Origin: a virus
Direction: 5' to 3' (one strand)
Length of the DNA: 64,000 bases
Virus record (IMG/VR): IMGVR_UViG_3300037261_000033
Coordinates: 1-64,000 of that record
Shown here: positions 37,301 through 45,416 of the stretch, one piece after another
How the letters are laid out: every line of letters starts with the position of its first letter
How positions within the stretch are numbered: the stretch's first letter is position 1
Program-made: the position numbers and the translations under genes
Notes under the pieces: model-generated
What the model saw: only the letters and a program-made list of their open reading frames with translations
Database searches by the model: none
What the model was told of the DNA's origin: nothing

Positions 37301-37500
37301 GCTTGTTCGCGCCACTCTTCGCCGTCTTTGTCCGGCTTGAATGAGCAGCAACTTTCCGTTCCAAGAAGTATCGTCGCCGACTCGAAGATTGTTTTTTCAC
37401 CTTCACTCCAAACATGGTCATGATCCGCTAGCGCGCTTCCGAGCGTATCGAGCGCGCCCTGCACGATGCCCGCGTCAATCTCGTTAAGCGTGATTGTCAT
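37297..37500 (-). CDS. Hypothetical protein
   Basis: ATGA-coupled. Confidence 0.55.
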   Translation of the reverse strand: MTITLNEIDAGIVQGALDTLGSALADHDHVWSEGEKTIFESATILLGTESCCSFKPDKDGEEWREQA

Positions 37501-37772
37501 TTTATCCCCGGAAAATCTCCGCAGTCGTAATCTAACAACTTTAGGAATACGTGCCACTCGCATCCTTTCGTATCCTCTGGCGGGACGTTACCGCGCTTGT
37601 GATAAAACGATGCCGTCACTGTTCCGTCCGCGTGAACGTGATGCAGTCCGATGCCGGTGATTCTTCCACACTGGCATTTTATTAACGGCTTCGCGTTTGA
37701 GCCGTCTTGATTCTTGGTTGGAATCCAGCATGGCGCGGGACTATTCCATGTTCCTTTTGGAATCTCCGTCAT
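37497..37772 (-). CDS. Small Cys/His metal-binding protein
   Basis: CQCG...DGTVTASF...C.WH. Confidence 0.6.
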   Translation of the reverse strand: MTEIPKGTWNSPAPCWIPTKNQDGSNAKPLIKCQCGRITGIGLHHVHADGTVTASFYHKRGNVPPEDTKGCEWHVFLKLLDYDCGDFPGIK

Positions 37773-38647
37773 GCGCTCGCCTCCATCGCCGCTAATTCTT
37801 TGAAGCTATAGGTAATCGGCACGACTACGCACCGGCAGTTAAAGTGCGCGATTCCACCGGGGAACGGAAGGTTGTGGCCCTCGGGGATGTAGTCGCTGTC
37901 TTTGTCGCCGGTCTCTGGTAATCTCCAAATCTTGCCGTTGAGTTCACGGCACACTTCACAAGTTTTAGTATCCTCCAAAGTCGCGATCCACTCGACCGCC
38001 CTAACAACATCACGATTATTTAGATAACTCGCGAGTTTGCTTTCGTTGGCTACACTCATCACGCCAGTTCTCACCAGCGCCTCTGCTTGATAGCGCGGCG
38101 CGTTCATAACTCCGTCCGTGAATCCGTTCGCCTTCGTCCCGCGCACCCGCCTCACTAGTTCATCGACGCCCTCGCCGCGATACTGCCCCTGCCGCATTTG
38201 TTGCGCGAATTTGTTCCGTAACGACGTGGCCTGACTCGCCCACCACTTCGCTTGAATATGTCCCTCGATTACGGTCTTGCCCGCGATGTATTCAATCTGC
38301 TCTTTCGTCATCCCGACGCTCATCAACTCTACGCGCACGACCGCGTTTACGCCCTCGATTGTTTTCCGTGCGATAGCGATGGCAACTTCTTTGAGCGCCG
38401 GGGTGAAGCTGACTGCGATGTTATCGTAAGCAGTGTTAATCGTCGCCCGCGTCTGCGCCAGTAACGCTTGGAGTCGCGCGAGTGATAAATCTGATTTACC
38501 CGCCGCCCGGCTTAGATCGTCGATCAGGTCTGATTCGAGTGTGTTGAGATCGCTTAGGATTTGTTCGCGCAGGCTCGCTTCCACTCTCAAGAGTTGTACT
38601 GTCTGGCTCGTCACCTTATCTGCAATACGCGTGCTGACGTTCGGCAT
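37769..38647 (-). CDS. Head morphogenesis protein (Mu gpF/SPP1 gp7 family), N-terminal part
   Basis: AEALVRT, WIATLEDTKTC..C..LNGK, HFNCRC. Confidence 0.9.
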   Translation of the reverse strand: MPNVSTRIADKVTSQTVQLLRVEASLREQILSDLNTLESDLIDDLSRAAGKSDLSLARLQALLAQTRATINTAYDNIAVSFTPALKEVAIAIARKTIEGVNAVVRVELMSVGMTKEQIEYIAGKTVIEGHIQAKWWASQATSLRNKFAQQMRQGQYRGEGVDELVRRVRGTKANGFTDGVMNAPRYQAEALVRTGVMSVANESKLASYLNNRDVVRAVEWIATLEDTKTCEVCRELNGKIWRLPETGDKDSDYIPEGHNLPFPGGIAHFNCRCVVVPITYSFKELAAMEASA

Positions 38648-38648
38648 A

Positions 38649-38870
38649 TTAATCTGTTGTCCAACACGTCCATCCCTTGTCTATATCGAGCGATTCACCT
38701 AGTAACCGTTCAACGGCCTCGCGCCCATCCGCTGAGTTGTGAATTATTAGCGGCCCGGCCGCAAACTCGACGCCCGTTTCCTCATTCCGATAATCGACTC
38801 GCGGCGCACACCAACAGTAAACGTCGCTGATGTGCTTCCGTTCGTCGTTATTTGGTTCGACGTTGACCAA
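38649..38870 (-). CDS. Hypothetical protein
   Basis: P.ND...H....CWC.P...IIHNSADGRE. Confidence 0.55.
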   Translation of the reverse strand: MVNVEPNNDERKHISDVYCWCAPRVDYRNEETGVEFAAGPLIIHNSADGREAVERLLGESLDIDKGWTCWTTD

Positions 38871-38873
38871 GCG

Positions 38874-39041
38874 TTAACAGTTTTGGCAAACGCTCTTCGC
38901 TTCTGCCGCGTGATCTGCCATCGCTTTCACCATCCCCGGATGTCTCCACGCTGGCGCTTGCGCTTTTGCATTCGCGTCAGCCTCTTCCGTTCCCGCCGTG
39001 CCGACCACTTTTACTACTTTACTTTTTTTCGCGGTAGTCAT
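38874..39041 (-). CDS. 55-aa protein (not in ORF track)
   Basis: MTTAKKSKVVKVVG...VCQNC; fills the gap. Confidence 0.5.
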   Translation of the reverse strand: MTTAKKSKVVKVVGTAGTEEADANAKAQAPAWRHPGMVKAMADHAAEAKSVCQNC

Positions 39042-39046
39042 TTGGG

Positions 39047-39223
39047 TTAAACATGCCCCTTGTGGATGTCGATTCCCTTCGATGGAGAGGGGGACGACGC
39101 CGGGCCGGGTGTTCCGCCGCCTGCCTTCAACTTGCGACTAGCGCCTTTAGCTCCGAATACTTTCTTCGGCGCCGTCGGCGCTGTGAATGCTTTTGCCTTA
39201 CCTACCTTTTTTGTGAATGCCAT
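39047..39223 (-). CDS. 58-aa Lys/Ala/Pro-rich basic protein (not in ORF track)
   Basis: MAFTKKVGKAKAFTAPTAPKK...; AAGGAGG RBS. Confidence 0.6.
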   Translation of the reverse strand: MAFTKKVGKAKAFTAPTAPKKVFGAKGASRKLKAGGGTPGPASSPSPSKGIDIHKGHV

Positions 39224-39238
39224 AACCGCCTATCCTCC

Positions 39239-40798
39239 TTATTGATTTTGCTGCTGCTGTTGACCGCCTTGTGATTGTTGTGCTGGCGGATGCGCCGCCG
39301 CGTCTACTGCCGCTTGCATTTTCATCTGCGCTAAGCGCACGGGATCATTTTCAATTGCAGCGACTTCCTCATCTTGCTCGCGCTCGGTTGAAATGATACC
39401 ACCTTTTTGTAGCTTGGAAAAGAACGTATCGAAGCTGATGCCGCCGCCCATGTAGAGTGTCCAGAGCGCCGTCACCATCGGACTATCCAAGATCATCTCG
39501 ACGTATTCGGTGTTCAGTTCAGTCTTAATGTCGTCGCTCAAATCTTCTGGCCGCTCAACGCTTCTATCCATCCACCATCCTACCCATTGCAGGATGTCTG
39601 ACAGGCTTTGCGTACAAGCGATGGTCGCTGACATTAGCGCACTATGATCGCCGCTTTGCCGCGCCAACACGGTCTGAAACGCTTCCGGGTTTCCGCCGCC
39701 GCGACTTACTTGCTTGTCTAACATGCGAGCGCCAAGCGCGGCCATCTGCGCTTCCTCGTTTGCCATGTCATCAACGAGCGGTTTTAATTTGTTAGCGTCG
39801 TAAGCGAGAAAATATGCTTTCGCGTCCGCCTTGGGCGTTACTATCGACTTGTTCGTTCCGAGATAAAGTTCGTTTTGTTTTAAGTCTTCGAAGCCGCAGA
39901 AGATTGGTGTCGGAACTCCGGCGACGTGAAGCGCGTTCTTCAAATCCGCGCTTGTCCGGTAATGACTGAGGTTGATGTCCGCGATTGATTCCAACGGTAC
40001 TTCCGTCACGTCCAAGTCGTTCACTTCCGGCCCGTGCACCACGAAGGGTATTCGTGTCAATGATTGCACGCCGCGCATCGGTAGAAACTCGTCAATGATG
40101 CGCCATTCGGGTGATAGCGTCGGCTGCTTTGTTCCGTTGCCTTTCCCCTTCACGACCGGCTGACCTTTCCGACGTTTCACTCTGACGCGGACATACGGCA
40201 AGCCTGCGTCGTCGTTGATCAGTTCGTATTCCCGTAGCTGCTCATATTCGGCGTAGTCGTATGCGTCCGGCGCGTCTATTTTCACGCCGTCCTCTGGAAT
40301 GAACTCGTTGCTCGTTTCCTTGAATACGATCAATGCCAGAACTGTCGCGTGGTTTATCCGGCGATATTGCCAGTTGAGGATTTCTTCTGCCTCGTAGGTG
40401 AGCAGGTAAGCGCGATCCTCTTCTTTGTGCCAGTCGATCACCGTCCCGCGCTTCCCGACCGACATTACGCTTCTGACTACTTCTTTGCTTACGTCGTAGA
40501 AACTCTTACCCGTCATAGTCGCGTCACGCAGGAACTCAGACATTGTGTCCGGCGTCACTACTTCCGGGTCGTTCCTGAAAATAAGTCCAACGAACGCCTG
40601 CAATGTCCGTTTCAGCGCGTTGAAAAATACCGCGCGCATGATGTAACTGAAATACTCCGGCCCGCTCTGAACTCCGAGCGGTGGAAGGTATTTTACGCCG
40701 CGCTTTTTAATTTGTCGCGAGCCCGCGATACAGTCGCGAACCATCGTCCACGCATCAATACACGCTTCGTGAGAAGGGTGGCAAGAATCATCGGCCAT
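39239..40798 (-). CDS. Portal protein (DUF4055-like)
   Basis: HP....W..VRD..AG..IK..G.KYLP, RAVFFN, IPF, NLSHYRTSAD, MAALGARM. Confidence 0.92.
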   Translation of the reverse strand: MADDSCHPSHEACIDAWTMVRDCIAGSRQIKKRGVKYLPPLGVQSGPEYFSYIMRAVFFNALKRTLQAFVGLIFRNDPEVVTPDTMSEFLRDATMTGKSFYDVSKEVVRSVMSVGKRGTVIDWHKEEDRAYLLTYEAEEILNWQYRRINHATVLALIVFKETSNEFIPEDGVKIDAPDAYDYAEYEQLREYELINDDAGLPYVRVRVKRRKGQPVVKGKGNGTKQPTLSPEWRIIDEFLPMRGVQSLTRIPFVVHGPEVNDLDVTEVPLESIADINLSHYRTSADLKNALHVAGVPTPIFCGFEDLKQNELYLGTNKSIVTPKADAKAYFLAYDANKLKPLVDDMANEEAQMAALGARMLDKQVSRGGGNPEAFQTVLARQSGDHSALMSATIACTQSLSDILQWVGWWMDRSVERPEDLSDDIKTELNTEYVEMILDSPMVTALWTLYMGGGISFDTFFSKLQKGGIISTEREQDEEVAAIENDPVRLAQMKMQAAVDAAAHPPAQQSQGGQQQQQNQ

Positions 40799-40805
40799 TC
40801 CGACC

Positions 40806-40834
40806 TATCTAAACGGCGGAACGGTTTCTTGCAA
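40806..40834 (-). promoter_or_regulatory. Putative leaderless promoter for portal gene
   Basis: TTGCAA-17 nt-TAGATA-7 nt-ATG. Confidence 0.5.
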
Positions 40835-40845
40835 TTCCTTTTATT

Positions 40846-40932
40846 CGGATGGGGTAGGATTCGAACCTACGGCGCGTTACCGCGCGTCAGTTTTCGGGAC
40901 TGTTGCGATAAACCGGACTCCGCCACCCATCC
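40846..40932 (-). tRNA. tRNA-Ser(CGA)
   Basis: GGATGGG/CCCATCC acceptor, G discriminator, long variable arm, GTAGG-TTCGAAT-CCTAC T arm, loop CC-CGA-AA; no encoded CCA. Confidence 0.85.
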
Positions 40933-41242
40933 TTATTTGTAGCGGCCCCGGCGCTGTAATACCATCGAGACCGTAAGGGAAAGCCCTCTCTGTCTCTCAG
41001 TGCGCACAAATTATTACAACCGCCAAGGCCGCGTCCGAAACTTACGGTGCGTTTTCGTTAGAGCTAATGCTTTTTACGAAGGCTGCGGCTGTTTGTGTGT
41101 CCGCGAATGGATCGATTCCGAGGGGCTGGTTACACTATACGCCATCACGACCTGCGTAGGCAGCGCCGAATTTCCCGCGCTTGCCATTGTAGTCGGCGAC
41201 AATGAAGCCTTTACCGTACTTTTCGATTGCGAAGTGTTCCAT

Positions 41243-41494
41243 TTATTTCCCTTCCCTCACCGTTACGCGCTTACCGGAAACTGGATCGATAAAGACGATT
41301 GCCTTTTCAGACATAGCCATGTTCACGCAGGTTACGCAGCGCGGACTCTCCGGTGTCGCGCCGCTTCGCCATGTCAGCCGCGCTCTATTATTACAAATCG
41401 CCGCCGCTCGCACCCTGCCCTCATCTCGATTGATGACGCATAGGTGTGCGTCACGATCTTGGTCGCTCAAGAGCCATTGCATTTCCGCGTTCAT
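41243..41494 (-). CDS. Hypothetical zinc-binding protein
   Basis: H...C...CVTC; ATGA-coupled. Confidence 0.5.
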   Translation of the reverse strand: MNAEMQWLLSDQDRDAHLCVINRDEGRVRAAAICNNRARLTWRSGATPESPRCVTCVNMAMSEKAIVFIDPVSGKRVTVREGK

Positions 41495-41754
41495 CGCGCA
41501 GCGCCTTTCGACAAATGATAACCAGCGCAGAACGGACATGGGTAAATATGAAGCTGCTCCGCTCTCCCATGCCGCCCTCTTCGTCGCATTGCTAGATTAA
41601 AAACTGTGCGCGCTTCTTTCTTATCCGCGTAGCGTTTTTTGCCCGTGCACATCCGCTCCCGGCGCGCTTCGTCTGCGTCCGTAGCGTCCTGTAATGGCGG
41701 GTATTCGTTCATGCCGGTAGAACTTGATCTAGCTGGTAGCGCTTGCGCAGCCAT
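41491..41754 (-). CDS. Small zinc-finger protein
   Basis: CTGKKRY...YPCPFCAGYHLS. Confidence 0.65.
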   Translation of the reverse strand: MAAQALPARSSSTGMNEYPPLQDATDADEARRERMCTGKKRYADKKEARTVFNLAMRRRGRHGRAEQLHIYPCPFCAGYHLSKGAAR

Positions 41755-42305
41755 TATTTCGGCTGAACGGTCGGTGTCGGTTGCGGTGTAGCGCTCGCAT
41801 TTACTGCTTCGCCCCGCATTGGTGGCGCTGTCTTTCCGGGGCCGGGGTCTTGCCCTGTAGGAACTGGCGTAGAAGCGGCGCGAATATGCCAGCGCACGTT
41901 CCATCCGTCCGCTTCCCGCGTCGCGATTGGTTCGTAGTCCCCGCTGTTCAACGTTGTCCCCTCAACCGGCAGTCCCTTCGTTACTTCTGCGCCGTCATCC
42001 CGAATGATTTTTCCCCAAGCGTTGCCTTTCTCGTCTGTAAGGAAAAAGCCTTTGCGCGCTATCCGCGCCGCGCGTTCTTGCTCCGTCTCGTACGGATTAA
42101 TGATCTCGGGTATCGGTATCGGCGTCACGCTCGGCGCGATGATAGCGTTGATCGCTTTCTCGATTCGCTCAAGCCGCGCCATAGCGTCCGGCGTTGGTGA
42201 TACGGGTTGTGTCGTTACCGGCGTTGGACTTGGTGCGTTTGATTGTGGCGCTTTGCCGCACGCTACTAAAAGCGCAGCGGCGATGATCATGACTATCGTT
42301 TTCAT
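41754..42305 (-). CDS. Lipoprotein
   Basis: MKTIVMIIAAALLVA-C lipobox; Pro/Thr-rich linkers. Confidence 0.75.
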   Translation of the reverse strand: MKTIVMIIAAALLVACGKAPQSNAPSPTPVTTQPVSPTPDAMARLERIEKAINAIIAPSVTPIPIPEIINPYETEQERAARIARKGFFLTDEKGNAWGKIIRDDGAEVTKGLPVEGTTLNSGDYEPIATREADGWNVRWHIRAASTPVPTGQDPGPGKTAPPMRGEAVNASATPQPTPTVQPK

Positions 42306-42339
42306 TTTTGTTCCCCCTATAGTTTGCGTGCTTTTCTTC

Positions 42340-42804
42340 CTAAATACACTTCCATGTTGTCCGAGAACGGATATATGAAATCGCTGTTCGACTCATTTTA
42401 AATCGCTCAGATAACTGTTGAATATTATCGCCTGAATTACGTATTTCCAAAACGTCAGTTGCGTTCAACTTTGCCCTCGCGTGTTCCTCTCCTGACTGAT
42501 CACCTCTGCGGCCCTTAGCTATACAATCTCTTATGTTGTCTAGCTGTGTTCCGAGGAACAAATGCTTCGGATTAACGCAAGGAGGAGTATCGCAGGAATG
42601 TAGCACATTTACCCCCTGCGGAATTTCTCCAAAATGGATAATCCATGATGCCCGATGCGCTTGCATGTTTTTACCATCAACCCTAATTATTCCGTAATCG
42701 TTTACATCTCTACATGCCGTCCAGAGCCAACAATTAGAGAAAGGTTCCGGCGTGAATTTATCACGAAAACGTTCAGGGAATGTTTGAGGCCATCTCTTAG
42801 ACAT
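42340..42804 (-). CDS. HNH homing endonuclease
   Basis: CWLW, AHR, VLHSCDTPPCVNPKHLFLGTQLDN. Confidence 0.9.
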   Translation of the reverse strand: MSKRWPQTFPERFRDKFTPEPFSNCWLWTACRDVNDYGIIRVDGKNMQAHRASWIIHFGEIPQGVNVLHSCDTPPCVNPKHLFLGTQLDNIRDCIAKGRRGDQSGEEHARAKLNATDVLEIRNSGDNIQQLSERFKMSRTAISYIRSRTTWKCI

Positions 42805-42808
42805 TTTC

Positions 42809-43144
42809 CTAGTCCGTGGAAATTACTAACTTCGGTTCGCTTTCCGGCAATCTCTTGCCGTCTTTATCTGTGAAAATCAAGATTACCTTTTTCTCTTTCG
42901 CGTCGTGTTCAACGCTCACGATGCAATCCTCGTCCGGCATCGACATCGCTGCGCGGTAGTCGCCCTCGTCCATCTCGATGCGCCCGCCAGATTTGAACAC
43001 CGCCGTCCATAGCATTCGTTGCACCTTGTTCAGCACGCGTTTCAACTCCTGATTGTTCTCTCGGAGTATCCGGTTCTGAACCGGGTATGGCATCGACGGC
43101 GCTGGCATTGTCTTGTGCGCCCGGTTTTTGAATTTACTACCCAT
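42809..43144 (-). CDS. Hypothetical protein
   Basis: 111-aa ORF in tight array. Confidence 0.6.
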   Translation of the reverse strand: MGSKFKNRAHKTMPAPSMPYPVQNRILRENNQELKRVLNKVQRMLWTAVFKSGGRIEMDEGDYRAAMSMPDEDCIVSVEHDAKEKKVILIFTDKDGKRLPESEPKLVISTD

Positions 43145-43149
43145 TTCTG

Positions 43150-43479
43150 TTATGCCGCTTTCTTAATACTCATCGGCGCTAAACTGTAAATTGCTACCGG
43201 CTCACCAAATGTACCGTCTGTTTCAAATCTGAGCGCGTATCCGTTCTTTCGGACAATCCTCTCCATTTGAGCAAGAGGGTTAACGACTTCGCAAATGAAT
43301 CCGTTCGCATGAATCGCCTCGACTAAACGTCGAAAGTCGCCGCGCCCGCGATGCTGCGATACTATCAAGCAAACTCGGATAGCGTTACCGGTTTTCCAAA
43401 GATAGCCATTAAACTTATCGCGTGTGAATCCGAACTGCGCGGCGCGCTTCGTGTCTAAGTCGATGATGCCGTCCTTCAT
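43150..43479 (-). CDS. GNAT-like hypothetical protein
   Basis: HRGRGDF resembles the acetyl-CoA loop; TAATG overlap. Confidence 0.45.
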   Translation of the reverse strand: MKDGIIDLDTKRAAQFGFTRDKFNGYLWKTGNAIRVCLIVSQHRGRGDFRRLVEAIHANGFICEVVNPLAQMERIVRKNGYALRFETDGTFGEPVAIYSLAPMSIKKAA

Positions 43480-43670
43480 TACGGTTTCTGAGGTTGGTTC
43501 ATATCCCAAATGCGAGGCGGGAAAATGTCGATGTTGATTTTCCCCCACGGCGTCGGTAATCCAAACCAAAGCGCCCAAAGGAAAAGAATAGTTAAGACGA
43601 TTGACGGAATACAACCGCATCCGCCGAAACAACAGTCGGAACTACAGCTATTAGATTCTGATTCGCTCAT
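43479..43670 (-). CDS. Small Cys-rich membrane protein
   Basis: GCGCIPSIVLTILFLWALWFGLPTPWG. Confidence 0.6.
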   Translation of the reverse strand: MSESESNSCSSDCCFGGCGCIPSIVLTILFLWALWFGLPTPWGKINIDIFPPRIWDMNQPQKP

Positions 43671-43894
43671 AATCCGTCTCCCGGTCGCGGTTTATTGTTG
43701 TGGCGCGCCAGCATATCGAGCACGTCGATCTTCACCGCTTCCAATGCTCCTACTACGCCGAACACGGTAAGCTTGTCGCTCTCGTTTATGTAGCGCCTCA
43801 CGACCGCGTGTAATTCGTAATAAACCATTTCCGCTTCTGCTCCCGAATCGCTCACGACTTCCCTTGTTTCTCTTGGCATTTCGGGCGGCGTCAT
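43667..43894 (-). CDS. Hypothetical protein
   Basis: ATGA-coupled; RY..E..L.V....G.L pattern shared with 37127-37300. Confidence 0.55.
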   Translation of the reverse strand: MTPPEMPRETREVVSDSGAEAEMVYYELHAVVRRYINESDKLTVFGVVGALEAVKIDVLDMLARHNNKPRPGDGL

Positions 43895-44190
43895 TCCATT
43901 GCGTTCCCGACGTAATCTTTGGGAATGTGTCCCCGCGTGTGGCCGACTACATAGAATGGAGCGCCGTTCCTTCCGCCTCTTACCTCAACCCATTTGTAGT
44001 GCATCTTGCTCAAGCCAGTTTCGAATAAGGCGTTTGTCCGGGCCAAACCTACGTCATCGCATCTACCCGTTATCTCTCCAATGACCTCAATATGGTCACG
44101 GAACTCCGACCGAACCATCAGCGCAACAATGAGAATCACCGTAACGGTGGCGATGACTTGAAGAGTTGTTGTTTTCATTTCCCTACTCAA
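43891..44190 (-). CDS. Hypothetical membrane-anchored protein
   Basis: N-terminal hydrophobic helix. Confidence 0.55.
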   Translation of the reverse strand: MSREMKTTTLQVIATVTVILIVALMVRSEFRDHIEVIGEITGRCDDVGLARTNALFETGLSKMHYKWVEVRGGRNGAPFYVVGHTRGHIPKDYVGNAME

Positions 44191-44528
44191 CCCTCCGCCT
44201 CATCCTTGGAATTGGAAAGCTCTTTCTCTAGCGCGTATTCGGCTAATTGCGCTACGCAAATCTGCTCCGTGCTGCAATTCTCGCAGATCGTAATTGCGTG
44301 GGCATGATTCATCAGGTTTTCAGTCATTTCCTCGTCTGGCCCCATAACTGATGCGAGCCGTCCGTTACCGCCAAGCATCATTGCCAGTCCGTTCTGTCGT
44401 TGGAGCGCAGGAAGGTCGAGCATGTGCCGATTGATTGTGACGCGATAAAACAACGGTACTCGCGCCTCGCCGATTTTCTTTTTGCAATGCGCGCATATCG
44501 CCGCCGCTCTTAGCTCTGCTTCTTTCAT
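44187..44528 (-). CDS. Zinc-binding hypothetical protein
   Basis: CAHC...CENC. Confidence 0.6.
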   Translation of the reverse strand: MKEAELRAAAICAHCKKKIGEARVPLFYRVTINRHMLDLPALQRQNGLAMMLGGNGRLASVMGPDEEMTENLMNHAHAITICENCSTEQICVAQLAEYALEKELSNSKDEAEG

Positions 44529-45133
44529 CCCTGCCCTTCCCCTTTTTTCTCCGCCACGTATTCGCGCAGAAGTTCACTCGCTTTTGTATTCCCGCAGCCT
44601 ACGGCCTTAGCGAGATCGCGAGTACTCGGTAACGTGTCATCCTTCGCGTCCGTTAACCTTTCTATGGTTTTCCGTGTCGCTTTAAGCGTAAAGGTGCGCG
44701 GACGGCCGATAATCGCGCCACCGGCCTTCGCGTTTGCGAGTCCTAGCTTGCGGTTTTCGCGGATGTAATGAACGTGCGCCGCCGCCAGCGCCCTTATTAC
44801 TTGCGGCTCGACCGTCTTCGGTTTGTCGGCGTAGAACCATAGCCCGGTCGCGATTGAATGCACGCTGACGCCCGCGTCAAGGAGCGCGGTAATCTGCTTC
44901 ACCAACCCCGGCACGTCGCGCCCCAAGTCCGAGAGCTTATCGATGACGATTACTTTCGGCACGCCTTCGCCTTGCTCCGTCCACCGCAACGCCTGCGCTA
45001 GTCCGCGCTGGCCGCTCGTCGCGTCCCATGAGAAGCCGCCGAACTGCTGCGCGCTCGTCCCCCTGATCGCTCGCTCAAGAAATTCCTTCGCGCTCTCCTC
45101 GTTCTCCGTCCGTGTGTAGCAGAAGTAAAACAT
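44525..45133 (-). CDS. Serine recombinase (resolvase)-like protein, degenerate active site
   Basis: YTRTE, DKLSDLGR, GV.VHSI, IREN...GLANAKAGG..IGRPR, C-terminal HTH. Confidence 0.75.
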   Translation of the reverse strand: MFYFCYTRTENEESAKEFLERAIRGTSAQQFGGFSWDATSGQRGLAQALRWTEQGEGVPKVIVIDKLSDLGRDVPGLVKQITALLDAGVSVHSIATGLWFYADKPKTVEPQVIRALAAAHVHYIRENRKLGLANAKAGGAIIGRPRTFTLKATRKTIERLTDAKDDTLPSTRDLAKAVGCGNTKASELLREYVAEKKGEGQG

Positions 45134-45134
45134 C

Positions 45135-45416
45135 TCAGTTGATCGAAACGTGCAATTCCGCGTAGCAAACCCAACGACGCAGCCCTTGAAGCGGTTCCGC
45201 CTCTAGCACTGTTGGGCACGCGAACCAAGCATCTCGCCGCGCCCCTGCCTCATGTATTATTCTATCGCCCTCTTCCCGAAACGGAATATCTGTCGCCTCT
45301 AATTCTTGCTCGGTTTTGCACCGCTTACACGTTACGACTTTCCCCGCCCACCAATGGCGCGCAGTTACTGGCGGTCTCTCGCCGTTTTTCAATTGTTTCA
45401 TCTTATCGTCTTTCAC
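45135..45416 (-). CDS. Hypothetical zinc-binding protein
   Basis: CKRC...CP. Confidence 0.5.
   Translation of the reverse strand: MKDDKMKQLKNGERPPVTARHWWAGKVVTCKRCKTEQELEATDIPFREEGDRIIHEAGARRDAWFACPTVLEAEPLQGLRRWVCYAELHVSIN

Noticed and set aside
36520-37768. Group I/II intron explaining the split gpF
   Set aside because: Interval is fully occupied by ATGA-coupled ORFs, leaving no room for a ribozyme core; no RT or typical homing nuclease
40940-41000. Possible additional tRNA/tmRNA next to tRNA-Ser
   Set aside because: Only a loose hairpin; no cloverleaf or TTCGA arm
44525-45133. Functional integrase or invertase indicating a prophage boundary or tail-fibre inversion
   Set aside because: Too short for a large serine integrase, catalytic residues missing, no flanking host genes or invertible fibre segment seen
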